Below, one piece after another: positions 48,820 to 58,474 of a stretch of 64,000 nucleotides of DNA. The stretch is from assembly GCA_963813815.1 (NCBI GenBank), contig CAWFAD010000007.1, positions 403,814 through 467,813 on the forward strand, written 5' to 3'. The number at the start of each line of letters is the position of its first letter. The stretch's first letter is position 1. This stretch comes from an uncultured bacterium. Its GTDB lineage: Bacteria; Krumholzibacteriota; Krumholzibacteriia; Krumholzibacteriales; Krumholzibacteriaceae. The notes below the pieces were generated by a model. The model was not told the origin of the DNA and ran no database searches. It worked only from the letters and a program-made list of their open reading frames with translations. The position numbers and the translations under genes are program-made.

Positions 48820-48849
48820 AGAATACGAATCGCCCCCGGCTACTGTCAA
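48820..48849 (-). promoter_or_regulatory. Putative sigma70 promoter for the acyltransferase operon
   Basis: Minus strand TTGACA (48849-48844), 18 nt, TATTCT (48825-48820). Confidence 0.55.
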
Positions 48850-48859
48850 GCGCCATGAA

Positions 48860-48874
48860 TGGCATGATTTTGGC
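48860..48874 (+). promoter_or_regulatory. Putative sigma54 (-24/-12) promoter
   Basis: TGGCATG-ATTT-TGGC: correct GG/GC spacing, one mismatch in TTGC. Confidence 0.45.
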
Positions 48875-48911
48875 ACCATGACCGGCGACCCTGTCCGAAG
48901 GAGGCGCCACG

Positions 48912-49334
48912 TTGCAACTTTCGACTGAAATCACTCTTTTCATGCAAAAAGCCATATACTACGTCTCGAAACCGATAGCGGCCCGCGGGATGCTCGAGCT
49001 CACCGACCGGCGTCTCCTCTTTCAGGTGTTCCCCTTCGACGCTTCCTTCGGGATCAAGAACCTCGCGATCGACATCACGGCCATCACCGGAGTCGACATC
49101 GAGAACGGGGATATCCACCCGCGCGTCGTCATCCTGGCGGACGGCCGCCGGCACGAGTTCATGCTCTCGAAGGGACAGGAGCTTTTCGACCATCTCAGGC
49201 CGCTCGTGCGCAATCCCCTCGGCCAGATGCAGACGCTTCCGGGCGAGCCGGAAACGAGATGCACCTGCGGCAAGATCGTGAACGTTCAGTTCATCTACTG
49301 CCCGTGGTGCGGCTCGAAGCTTCTCTCCGCCTAG
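48912..49334 (+). CDS. Small protein, PH/GRAM-like domain plus C-terminal zinc ribbon
   Basis: AAGGAGG 7 nt before TTG. GMLELTDRRLLF (PH/GRAM-like) and CTCG...YCPWCG. Confidence 0.65.
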   Translation: MQLSTEITLFMQKAIYYVSKPIAARGMLELTDRRLLFQVFPFDASFGIKNLAIDITAITGVDIENGDIHPRVVILADGRRHEFMLSKGQELFDHLRPLVRNPLGQMQTLPGEPETRCTCGKIVNVQFIYCPWCGSKLLSA

Positions 49335-49447
49335 GGCCCGGCGCGACCCATTTTTTCGTTGTGTAACCCGCTGGCGTTTGTTAGATTCCAATCGAACACG
49401 GCACCCGTTTCCCGTGAGAAGAACGTGCAATATTCGGGGAGGTTTCG

Positions 49448-49825
49448 ATGACCCGGGTCGGCGCATTCGCACTGCTGATACTTTTTGTTTCTCTCGTCGT
49501 CGGTTGCTCGGAGAAAACCGCATCCGTCCAGGAGACCGGGATCAGGCTCGGCTTTTCGAACTGCCTGACGTTCGCCGCCTGGGTCTGGATCGACGGCTAC
49601 TACGTCGGCACCTACACGAGCGAGCAGCCGAGCCTCATCGACGTCACGGCGGGAGGGCACACGCTCTTTGTCCGCGGCAATATCGTCGTCGGGGATTCGA
49701 GCTTTTGCTGGACGCAGGATTTCTCCGTGAGCGAGGAGCAGGTCACCGAAGTGACGCTCGATTGCGTCGGCGCGAAGTGCGAAACGGTCGAGACCTTCGG
49801 GGTCGTTCCGCCCTTGAACCAGTAG
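49448..49825 (+). CDS. Putative lipoprotein (PEGA-like)
   Basis: GGAGG RBS; lipobox LVVGC; VWIDGYYVG...GGHTL. Confidence 0.7.
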   Translation: MTRVGAFALLILFVSLVVGCSEKTASVQETGIRLGFSNCLTFAAWVWIDGYYVGTYTSEQPSLIDVTAGGHTLFVRGNIVVGDSSFCWTQDFSVSEEQVTEVTLDCVGAKCETVETFGVVPPLNQ

Positions 49826-49868
49826 TTCCGGCGCCCCGCAGCGCGGGCGCGCATTCGCAGTTTCGGAG

Positions 49869-49905
49869 AGCCCTTTCTCATTTTATGGGAGAGGGCTTCT
49901 TTTTT
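49869..49905 (+). terminator. Rho-independent terminator
   Basis: Stem AGCCCTTTCTCA / TGGGAGAGGGCT (two G-U pairs) followed by TCTTTTTT. Confidence 0.7.
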
Positions 49906-49983
49906 CGGGGGCCGCGGCGCCCGCCCACGTTCGCAACCGCATGTCTCCCAATCAGTTAAAAAAATGTAAACGCCTGACGACAG

Positions 49984-49998
49984 TGGCATGAGGCTTGC
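49984..49998 (+). promoter_or_regulatory. Sigma54 (-24/-12) promoter upstream of the MglA-like gene
   Basis: TGGCATG-AGGC-TTGC matches TGGCAYR-N4-TTGC; IHF-like core CAATCAGTTA at 49949-49958. Confidence 0.7.
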
Positions 49999-50163
49999 CC
50001 CTTTTCGCCAAGCCGGGGTGAGATTCTACTCGGACGAACGAAACCATCACCCTAGCCCAAGTGAAACGAAGCCGGCTCCAGATTCGCTTCCTTTGCCTCG
50101 CGCACCATGAGAGCGGCGGTCTTGCCCCGGCTGACTAACTTACGGCGATACGAAGGGGAGCGT

Positions 50164-51406
50164 ATGCCAGTATTCAACACTGCCGGACAGGAAATCAACG
50201 CCAAGATCGTCTATTACGGACCCGGTGTCGGCGGTAAGACGACGAACCTCGAGTTCATCTACGCCAAGCTGCCGCGCGAAAGCCGCGGCAAGATGGTCTC
50301 GATGAAGACCCGCACGGACCGCACCCTCTTTTTCGATTTTCTGCCGATCGACGTCGGCGAGATCAACGGGATGAAGGTGAGGTTCCTGCTCTATACCGTT
50401 CCGGGGCAGGTGTACTACAACGCCACCCGGAAGCTTGTGCTCAAGGGCGTGGACGCCGTCGTATTCGTGGCGGATTCGGCATCCGACCGCATGCAGGACA
50501 ACAAGGAGAGCCTACAGAACCTCGAGGACAACCTCAACGATCTCGGCATGACGCTGAGCGAGATTCCGTGGGTGCTCCAGCTCAACAAGCGCGATCTTCC
50601 GAACGCCCTCGACCGGGCGACGGCGGAGCGCGAGCTCAACGCCCTCTCCGTCCCCTGCTTCGAGGCGGTCGCGAACAAGGGAGACGGCGTGTACGAAACC
50701 TTCGAGGGGATCGCGAAGCTCGTGTTCAAGTCGATGCAGAATACCGTGCGCAACCCCGACAAGCCGCGCGAAGTGCGCGAGACGAACAGGGAATCGCGGC
50801 TCGCCGTCGAGGTCGTCGCGAAGAGCAAGCGTGAAGAAAACTCGGAGACGGATGGAAGCGACTACAGATACAGCGCGGAGAAACGAGAAGAGGAGCAGAA
50901 GTCCGTCTCTGAGTTCGTCGATACCGTACTCACGGAACAGGGCCCGCGCCACGAGAGCGTCGATCTCGGGGCGACGCGCGTCGGCTACGAGGATTACGGG
51001 CACGTCGTCGAGCTCTCCGGAGAGGAGAACGGCGCGAAGCGGCCGGAGCCGGAGAAGAGGCCCGAGAAGGGCGATATCCTGAACGTCGATCCGCTCGAGG
51101 CCCTCGCGCAACCGTCCGATACGCGGCCTCCGAAGGCGCAGCCGCCTCAGGCGCGCCCCCCGCAAAGTCAGCCGCCGCAGGCGAAGGAGCGAAAAGCCGC
51201 TCCGCCGAGCCAGGCGGCCGAGCCGGTCGCCGAGGGGCGCATGCGCGAGGCAGAAGCCGCGGCTTCGAAGGACGCGGGCGGAAGACCGGCGGCGCGCGTC
51301 GAGCCCCCGGCGGAGGAAAACGATCCGGATCCCGATCCATCTCACCCGGGAAGAGGCGTCCGGGGATATTCAGCTCAAGGTGCTCCTCGAAATCGACGTG
51401 AAGTAG
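50164..51406 (+). CDS. MglA-family small GTPase with long C-terminal extension (one apparent frameshift near 51304-51308)
   Basis: INAKIVYYGPGVGGKTTNL, DRTLFFDFLP, LYTVPGQVYYNATRKLVLKGVD, NKRDL. Removing one C gives ...TIRIPIHLTREEASGDIQLKVLLEIDVK, stop 51404-51406. Confidence 0.85.
51124..51183 (+). repeat. Four degenerate 15-bp coding repeats (RPPKA QPPQA RPPQS QPPQA)
   Basis: Visible in DNA and in the translation of the GTPase linker. Confidence 0.7.
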
Positions 51407-51508
51407 CTTCGCGGAAATCCCTTGACCCGCGCGGCGGCGTGAGCGAAGATTACTACCGGAACGTGTTGCGTGTTCCGGTGGTTTCTTTTTGGCGAGGTGG
51501 GCGTTCGT

Positions 51509-51886
51509 ATGGCCAAGATCCTCATCGTCGACGACGAGGTGAACGTTCGCAAGCTCTACGGAGCGGAGCTCGCGGGGGACGGTTACGAGACGGTCTCGGC
51601 GGCCACCGTCGGCGAGGCGCTCGACTCGTTCGAACGCGAGAAGCCCGATCTCGTCATCCTCGACATCAAGCTCGGCGACGAGAGCGGCATCGACGCGCTC
51701 ATGCAAATCGTAAAGCAGCGCAAGAACGTCCCCGTCATTCTCAACTCGGCGTACTCGGTGTACAAGGACAACTTCCAGACGTGGGCGGCCGACGCCTACA
51801 TCGTAAAATCCGTCGATCTCACGCCGCTCAAGGAAAAGGTCCGCGAGCTTCTCGCGGCGAGGAGCGCCCGGGGGGGAGGATCATGA
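51509..51886 (+). CDS. Single-domain response regulator
   Basis: KILIVDDE, PDLVILDIKL, SAY, ADAYIVKS; GAGGT RBS. Confidence 0.92.
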   Translation: MAKILIVDDEVNVRKLYGAELAGDGYETVSAATVGEALDSFEREKPDLVILDIKLGDESGIDALMQIVKQRKNVPVILNSAYSVYKDNFQTWAADAYIVKSVDLTPLKEKVRELLAARSARGGGS

Positions 51887-52311
51887 GGAGAGCCGTTTTG
51901 ATCGTCTCGTTGCTCGTGCTCGCGCCGGCGCTCTGTCTCGCGCAGGATCCGTCGCTCGAACGCCCGAGCGTGTTCAACGATTTCTTGAACCCGGCGTCGC
52001 AGGGGAGCCTGCTCGGGATTCCGGGGCTCAGCTTCCACAGCTCGGCGGGATTCTCGTACTACTCGGGTGGGAGGGAGTTCGGATCGTTCGGCATGGGATA
52101 CTACATGGGACATTTCGGGCTCCAGCTCGCGAGCAGCCTCACGCTCAGCTGGGACATCGGCGTCGGAACCGTGATGAAGGACGCGAACGAGTACAGCCAG
52201 CCGCGGTTCTTCATCCCGAACGTCGATCTCACCTATCGGCCGAGCGAGAGTTTCACGTTGAGACTCCAATTCCAGCAGCTCGGGCCGGGATACTACCAGT
52301 ACCGCCGCTAG
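51883..52311 (+). CDS. Exported hypothetical protein (beta-strand rich)
   Basis: ATGA overlap; signal peptide MRRAVLIVSLLVLAPALCLA; LTYRPSESFTLRLQF. Confidence 0.65.
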   Translation: MRRAVLIVSLLVLAPALCLAQDPSLERPSVFNDFLNPASQGSLLGIPGLSFHSSAGFSYYSGGREFGSFGMGYYMGHFGLQLASSLTLSWDIGVGTVMKDANEYSQPRFFIPNVDLTYRPSESFTLRLQFQQLGPGYYQYRR

Positions 52312-52471
52312 CGCCTCGCGGGATTCACGCGTCCGCGCCGCCCGGCCGGCCGGGCCGGCGCCCCGGCACCACCACCCCTTGCGTCGATATTGCCTTGACA
52401 ATCCCATATTTTGTGGCGTAGCCTTCGACTCGATCGCTTCACGCACGGCGGATCAGGCTCGGAGGTGCTTC

Positions 52472-53624
52472 GTGCTTCGTTGGGATAGATCGTTCGAGCT
52501 CGCGCGCGGCGAGGATGAGGCCGAGAGCAGGGACGTGACGCGCCTGGCGCATCGTTTCGAGGCGGGGACGGCGTCCCCCGAGGAGCTTCTCGAGCTCGCC
52601 GAGCATCTGCTCAAGGGACGAAACCCGAGAAAAGGCGAGAAGGTCCTCATGGATCTTCTCGAGAACGAGTCGATCGACGAGTACGTTCTCGTCGGCGCGT
52701 GCGAGCTTCTCGAGGAAGTGGGGAGCGTACGATCTCGCGCTGGCCGGCTACCGGAAACTGCACGAGGCGAACGAAGGCAAGGCTCTCGCGATCTACCGGA
52801 TGGGCCACCTGCTCGAAACTCAGGGCAGGCTCGAGGAAGCCGTCATGCTCCACGGCAAGGCCATCGCGCTGAGCCGGACAACCCGGAGTGCTACTACCGG
52901 CTCGGCGCGGCCTAACGAGCTGGACCAGTACGAGGACGCGGAAGAGCAGTACCGCAAGGCCATCGAGATCGATCCGTCGCACTCGAAATCATACACGAAC
53001 CTCGGCTACATACTCGATCTGCAGGGGAAGCGCGGAGCGGCGCTGCTGCAATTCCGCAAGGCGGTTCAGCACAACCCGAAGAGCGCCGAGGCCCATTTCA
53101 ACCTCGGAGCGCTCTACGGCGAGGAGGGGGACCGCGATCAGGCGATCAAAGAGTTCCGCATCGGGCTCGAGATCGATACCGCGAGCATCGAGGGGCACTA
53201 CAACCTCGGCGTGGCCCTCGTGAACGAGGGGCGGTACGACGACGCCGAGGAGGAGTTCAAGAAGATACTGAAAATCGAGCACGACAACGTGAACGCGCTC
53301 TTTTACCTCGGATTCCTGTACTACCGCAAGGGCGTGTACGGCAAGTCGCTCAAGGCTCTCCAGCAGGCCTCCCGCCTCAATCCCGGCAATACGACGATCC
53401 TCTACTATATCGGGGAGTGCTTCAACAGGCTCGAGCAGCCGCAGCGCGCTCTCGAGTACTACAAGCGCGTGACGGAAATCAACCCGAACGACCACAAGGT
53501 CTATTTCAGCCTCGGCGTGATCTACGAGAAACAGAACGACAAACGGAAGGCGCGAGAATACTACCAGCTCGCGGCGCTCAAGAAGCACGGCGGCTCCGCG
53601 GAGTTCACGCCAATCGAAGAATGA
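52472..53624 (+). CDS. TPR protein (three apparent indels, near 52720, 52870 and 52912)
   Basis: GGAGG before GTG. TPR consensus continues across frames (YDLALAGY..., EPDNPECYYRLGAA, ELDQYEDAEEQY). TTGACA at 52395. Confidence 0.82.
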
Positions 53625-54760
53625 GCGCCAACGAGTCGATGAATCGATCGATATCCATCCTGCTCGCGTGCTCTCTCGTCCTCTGCGCCGCGGGGGCGCG
53701 CACGGAAACGATTCCCCCCGATCATTGGGCCTACGAGGCGCTCCGGTCCTTCGAGCTTGGAGGTCTCGTGGCCCTCGAGCCGACGCTGCCGTACACGCGG
53801 GATCGGATCGAGGCGTACGTCGCCGAAATCTCGCGCCGCGCCGAATCGGAGCGGATCGAGCTCGGCGCGCGGCAGCGATTTCTCCTCGAGCGTCTCGAGC
53901 GGGAGTTCATCGGCAAGGCCGCGTCCCCCGGCGAGCGCGACGACGCGCCGCTCTTCGAGGTTCGGGAGGAGGGGCGATTCGCCGCGGTCGACGCCTCGGG
54001 CGGGGGCGCGGTTCTCAAGCGCGTCGACCGCGAGCGGGGGGAAGCGAACGGGCTCGGCGGGATCGACGTGCTCGTGGGGCTCGGACGCGGCGCCGCCATG
54101 GAGACGCGCGGCCGCCTCGTCATGGCCCCCGAGTGGGGGAGCAACGTCGACGGCGGTCATCCGGGCCCGAGAACGCGGAGCTTCCGCGGCCTCACGGGAG
54201 AGATGGACCGAGCTCTCTTCTCGGCGAACGGCTCGCGGTGGGAGCTTCGGATCGGCAGGGAGTACCTGCACTGGGGCGGGCGCTGGGACGAGGGTCTCAT
54301 CCTCTCCCGAACGGCCGGGTCGCTCGATCACGTCGGCGGCCGCGTCGCGATCGGGCGCTTTGCGCTGAGCGGTTTTCACGCGGTGCTCGGCGGCGACCGG
54401 TTGTATCTCGAGCGGTATTTCGCCGGGCACCGGCTCACGGCCGCCCTTCCCGGCGGCGTCTACGTCGGAATCGCCGAGACGGTGCTCTACGGCGCATCCG
54501 GCATGGAATGGGCGTATCTCATGCCGCTCGGCATCTTCTACGTGAGCCAGGCGAACGAACGGAGCAACGAAGACAACGTCCTCTATTCCATCGACGTGAA
54601 GGCGCCCATCGGGCGCGGCCTCGTGCTGTCGGGGGAGCTTCTCGTCGACGACATTCAGTACGAGCGCGGCGATGGCGCCGGACCGGACAGGATCGCTTTC
54701 ACGATCGGGATCGACGCCCAACGCGTCGCGGGCGGCAGGGAGTACGGACTCTCCGCGCGG
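53621..54760 (+). CDS. Capsule assembly Wzi-family outer-membrane protein, 3'-truncated
   Basis: Signal peptide; HWAYEAL....G..PYTR; IGREYLHWG...LILS; GHRL; ETVLY; DNVL; ELLVDD. Similarity stops at about 54760. Confidence 0.7.
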
Positions 54761-54764
54761 CGCC

Positions 54765-55004
54765 CACGCTCTACAGAAGTTTCACCCGGAGCTGATCCTT
54801 GTGTCGGCCGGGTTCGATGCCCACCGCTTCGACCCGCTGGGCGGGTTCGCCATGACCGGCGAGGGTTACAAATCGGGCGCAGTCTGAAGCAGGTAGCCGA
54901 CGACGAGTGCGAGGGTCGGCTGGTATCTATCCTCGAAGGGGGCTACGACCCGCAGGGGAAACCTTGATTCGATCACCCATTACCTTGAGGCTTTGATAGA
55001 TTGA
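54765..55004 (+). pseudogene. C-terminal fragment of a histone deacetylase-family protein (5'-truncated, frameshifted)
   Basis: FHPELILVSAGFDAH..DPLG, then GRLVSILEGGYD in another frame; stop overlaps the next ATG. Confidence 0.8.
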
Positions 55005-55778
55005 TGAACCGACATTACGTGCGATTCAGCGACCGCGAATTCACCGGCGGCGCATATGGGATTCTTGAAAACGACAGCGTGACTCCACTCGATGCCGCCC
55101 CCTGGACGGGTGGCAAGCCGCAGAGCGCAGTGCGCCCCCTGAGTTCGGTCAAGTTGCTCGCACCGGTGGAGCCATCCAAGATCGTTTGCATCGGGCTGAA
55201 CTATCATGCCCACGTGGCGGCCTCGTTCTCGGCGGAAAAGCCGCCGGAGGAGCCGCTGATGTTCCTGAAGCCGCCATCGTCGGTGATCGGGCCCGGCGAC
55301 AAGATCATACATCCGCCGCAGTCGGAGCGGGTCGACTACGAGGCGGAGCTCGGTGTGGTGATGGGCAAGAAGGCTACGAAGGTGTCCGGTGGAGGAGGCG
55401 GAGCGTTCATATCTTCGGCTTCACCTGTGTCAACTGACGTAACCGCCCGCGACCTCCAGAAGAAGGATGGCCAGTGGTCGCGGGCGAAGGGATTCGACAC
55501 GTTCTGTCCGGTGGGCCCGTGGATCGTCGCGGAGCTGGACTGGATCGTGATGTGCTGGTCGAGGGGATTCTCAACGCGAACGGTGAAGCAGTCCGGCCGG
55601 ACCTCGCTGATGATCTTCGATATCCCGTTCCTGGTAAGTTATATTTCGCAGCGATGACGTTGTTGCCTGGCGATCTGATTTCCACCGGCACGCCGGCGGG
55701 GATCGCACCTATGAAGCCGGGGGATACCATTGAAGTAGGAGTGAAGGGATTGGCACGCTTGCCAACAGTATGGCTTAG
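55004..55778 (+). CDS. Fumarylacetoacetate hydrolase family protein (frameshifted)
   Basis: PSKIVCIGLNY..H, FLKP, DYEAEL, DVTARDLQ, KGFDTFCP.GP, MTLLPGDLISTGTP. Confidence 0.9.
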
Positions 55779-57581
55779 CCTGATCATACTGCTGCTCGGT
55801 GTCTCGGCGTTCGCGGCGCCGCGTCAGCAGGTCCATATCGATGCTCAGTTCGATCCCGTTCTGAAGCTCATAGTCGGGCGGGTAGAGGCGCGTCTAACTA
55901 CTGATGGCGCCCAGTTGCACGACCTGAGGTTCTGCTCTATCCGAACCTGCTGGTCGACACGCCGTCAACCGGTGGCATCGAGGTCGACTCGATCAAGGTC
56001 AGCGGGGTAGACCTTACGTCCCGTATGACTACGGACAAGACGGACTTGCATGTCGAGCTGCCCGATTGGCCTTCGGTTGACACGGCCACCGCGATACTCT
56101 GGTTTAAGGCGCACATTCCAACGCAACCATCGATTTTCGGCTATGACGACAACCAGTTTCTGTTGGTGAATTGGTATCCGACACCGGCGCCGTTCCTTGA
56201 CGGTGGGTGGGTGAAGCACGACTACAAGTGGTTCCTCGAACCGGCATCCGATCCGATTGATTTCAGCGCGACGGTGGAGTATCCCGACACCCTCCAGTTG
56301 ATTGCAGGGGGAGTGCAGAAGATCGACACCACGGGAGACCGTGCCACCGCCAGCCTGGCTCTGGGATCAATCCGTTGGCCTGCCTTTGTTCTTTGGCACC
56401 AACTACAAGGCCCACGCTTTCGTGGAACAGGGCTATACCCTACAACTCACGTGCGTCCCGACCAGAAGTATGTGGTAGACTCGCTGCGACGGGTAGCAAG
56501 GGCAACCGTCGCCTGGATGGGCGACTACGTGCTGCCGTATCCATTCGACGAACTGATCATAGTGATGGGCGGATATACCGAGGGTGGGGCGCTCGAAGAG
56601 CCCCACAGGGCGCCGATGCCGAAGCACAGCCCGGCGCTCACCAGGTACTACCAGGAAGTGCTGATCCACGAGATAGTACACCAGTGGTTCTATGCGACCG
56701 TCTGCAATAACACGGCCGACAATCCCTGGATGGATGAGGCGATCACCGAGTATTTCGCAATCAAGATCAACTCATCGCTGGTTGGCAAGCGTGCCGATTT
56801 GCTCGACCTCCTCGGCCTGACCGCCAGCACCTCGCCGTACAATCGCATAGCTGGCCTACCGACTCGCTGTATTTATCCGCCGCTTACTTATCCGGGTGAG
56901 CGATACTACAATACACGGCAGTGTTTCGCCAACATCTACGCCAAAGGGCCGCAGGTCATCAAGACCCTCACCGGATTGATCGGTCCGATAATGAATCGGC
57001 TTTCTGGCAGGCATATGTGCGCGAGTTCGAGTTCGGGGTGCCCACTCCCGACGATCTGGCCGCGGTGGCCGATCGTTTCCTGCCGTATGGTCCCGGTGCG
57101 GCGCGCAAGATTCTCGACTGCACGAACGCGCTCGATTTTCAGGTCGTTTCGCTGGACAACAAACCGGTCGCGCCGCCTCCACCAAAGCCGATTGACACGC
57201 TCTCGCAGGGGGATAGCGTTGAGACAGGTACTAAAGACAGCGCCATCGACAGCCTTCCGCCGCGAGAGACCTTCGATGTCGAAGTGGTTTATCGCTGTGT
57301 GCAGCCGCTTGGTTTCCCGGTTGGGCTGAGGGTGCGGTTTTACGATGGCTCGGTGCGCGACACAGTCGTGGCCGGCGAGGTCGGCATGTTTACATGGAAA
57401 CTGACCGGGGTTACGCCGGCGCAGTCGGCCGAGATCGACCCGGAGCATATATACGCGGTCGACATGAACTACCTCAACAGTCTCGCTGACCCTCGACGAA
57501 TCCCGCGGGGCAGGGCTGCGGCTCTTCTCAGGCTTGGCGTTTCTGGTCGAGTCGCTCTTCAGCGGACTGTGGGGGTTATGA
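55750..57581 (+). CDS. M1-family zinc aminopeptidase, secreted (frameshifted)
   Basis: Signal peptide; NWYP; PYPF; GGALE; HEIVHQWF; WMDEAITEY; YAKG. Confidence 0.75.
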
Positions 57582-58474
57582 TGAACGGCGTTGTGCGATC
57601 CGGCTGGCGGGGATGGCGCGGCAATTCGAGACTGTGGACCGGGCTGTACCTTGCCAAGCTGCTCCTGGCGGTGATAGTGACCATCCCGGTCATGTCGCTG
57701 ATCAACAGCAGTGTCGACAATTCACTTTACGCCGTGCCGCTCGTGACCGAATGGTCGCTCGATGTGATCGGCGAGCTGCTGCTCACCCGTCCCAATCTGG
57801 CGCCGGTCTTCTTCGTGTCGCTGGCCTTCTTTGCGCTGCTGGTGTTCTTTCTCAAGCAGTTCATCAACGGTGGCATCTACGTGTCGTTGTATCGCGGCCA
57901 GCTTCTCAGCGCACGCAGTTTCTTCGGGGAGTCCGGGGCGCAATTCGGTGGGAATCTCAAGATCTCAGCGATCATGCTCGCGGTTTATGCCGGGTTGACA
58001 CTAGTAGCCTTCCTGGTAGTACCGATAATTCCACGTTCGTTCGGGCGAGAATTCCAAACGGGCGTACTGGTCGGCTTAACCGCCCGCATGGCGCTGGTGT
58101 GGGCCATCTTCATCGTCGGCGGAATACTCTCCGACCTGCTCAGGCTGAATCTGGCCGCCCGCCCGGACCTTCCGCTTAAACAACACTGGCGGAATGCGGT
58201 GGCTCTTTATCGCCGCCGGTTTGTAGAACTGAACGGATTGTATTATCTGTACTTTCTTCCGTTCGTGGTGGTCTGGTTGCTCATCGAGAAGCTGGCCGTG
58301 ATTGTAACGGGCGGCTTCTCCAGTGTCGGCGGAGTGATGCTCGAAATCGTATTGTTCCAGATCTGCTCGTGGCTGCGCACCGGGCAATCCTTGTTGTTCA
58401 CCTCGACCGCCGGGGTCGTGGTCAGGCGCGAGCTGCTTTCACGGCTCGAAAAACAGGGAGATGACAGCCGGTGA
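57578..58474 (+). CDS. Multi-pass membrane protein, unknown function
   Basis: ATGA overlap with the peptidase; about 6 TM segments; intact frame. Confidence 0.7.
   Translation: MMNGVVRSGWRGWRGNSRLWTGLYLAKLLLAVIVTIPVMSLINSSVDNSLYAVPLVTEWSLDVIGELLLTRPNLAPVFFVSLAFFALLVFFLKQFINGGIYVSLYRGQLLSARSFFGESGAQFGGNLKISAIMLAVYAGLTLVAFLVVPIIPRSFGREFQTGVLVGLTARMALVWAIFIVGGILSDLLRLNLAARPDLPLKQHWRNAVALYRRRFVELNGLYYLYFLPFVVVWLLIEKLAVIVTGGFSSVGGVMLEIVLFQICSWLRTGQSLLFTSTAGVVVRRELLSRLEKQGDDSR

Noticed and set aside
49399..49413. Third sigma54 promoter (CGGCACCCGTTTCCC) before the lipoprotein gene
   Set aside because: The -12 GC dinucleotide is missing.
50107..52311. MglA fused to an exported protein (734 aa)
   Set aside because: Explained by a single-base insertion near 51304; an intact response regulator lies inside in another frame.
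52330..52370. GC-rich palindromic stretch (CCGGCCGGCCGG) as terminator or REP element
   Set aside because: No U-tract, no second copy noticed, and expected by chance at this GC content.
53417..54967. Novel Wzi-deacetylase fusion
   Set aside because: Spans the probable chimeric junction; the HDAC part is fragmentary and changes frame.
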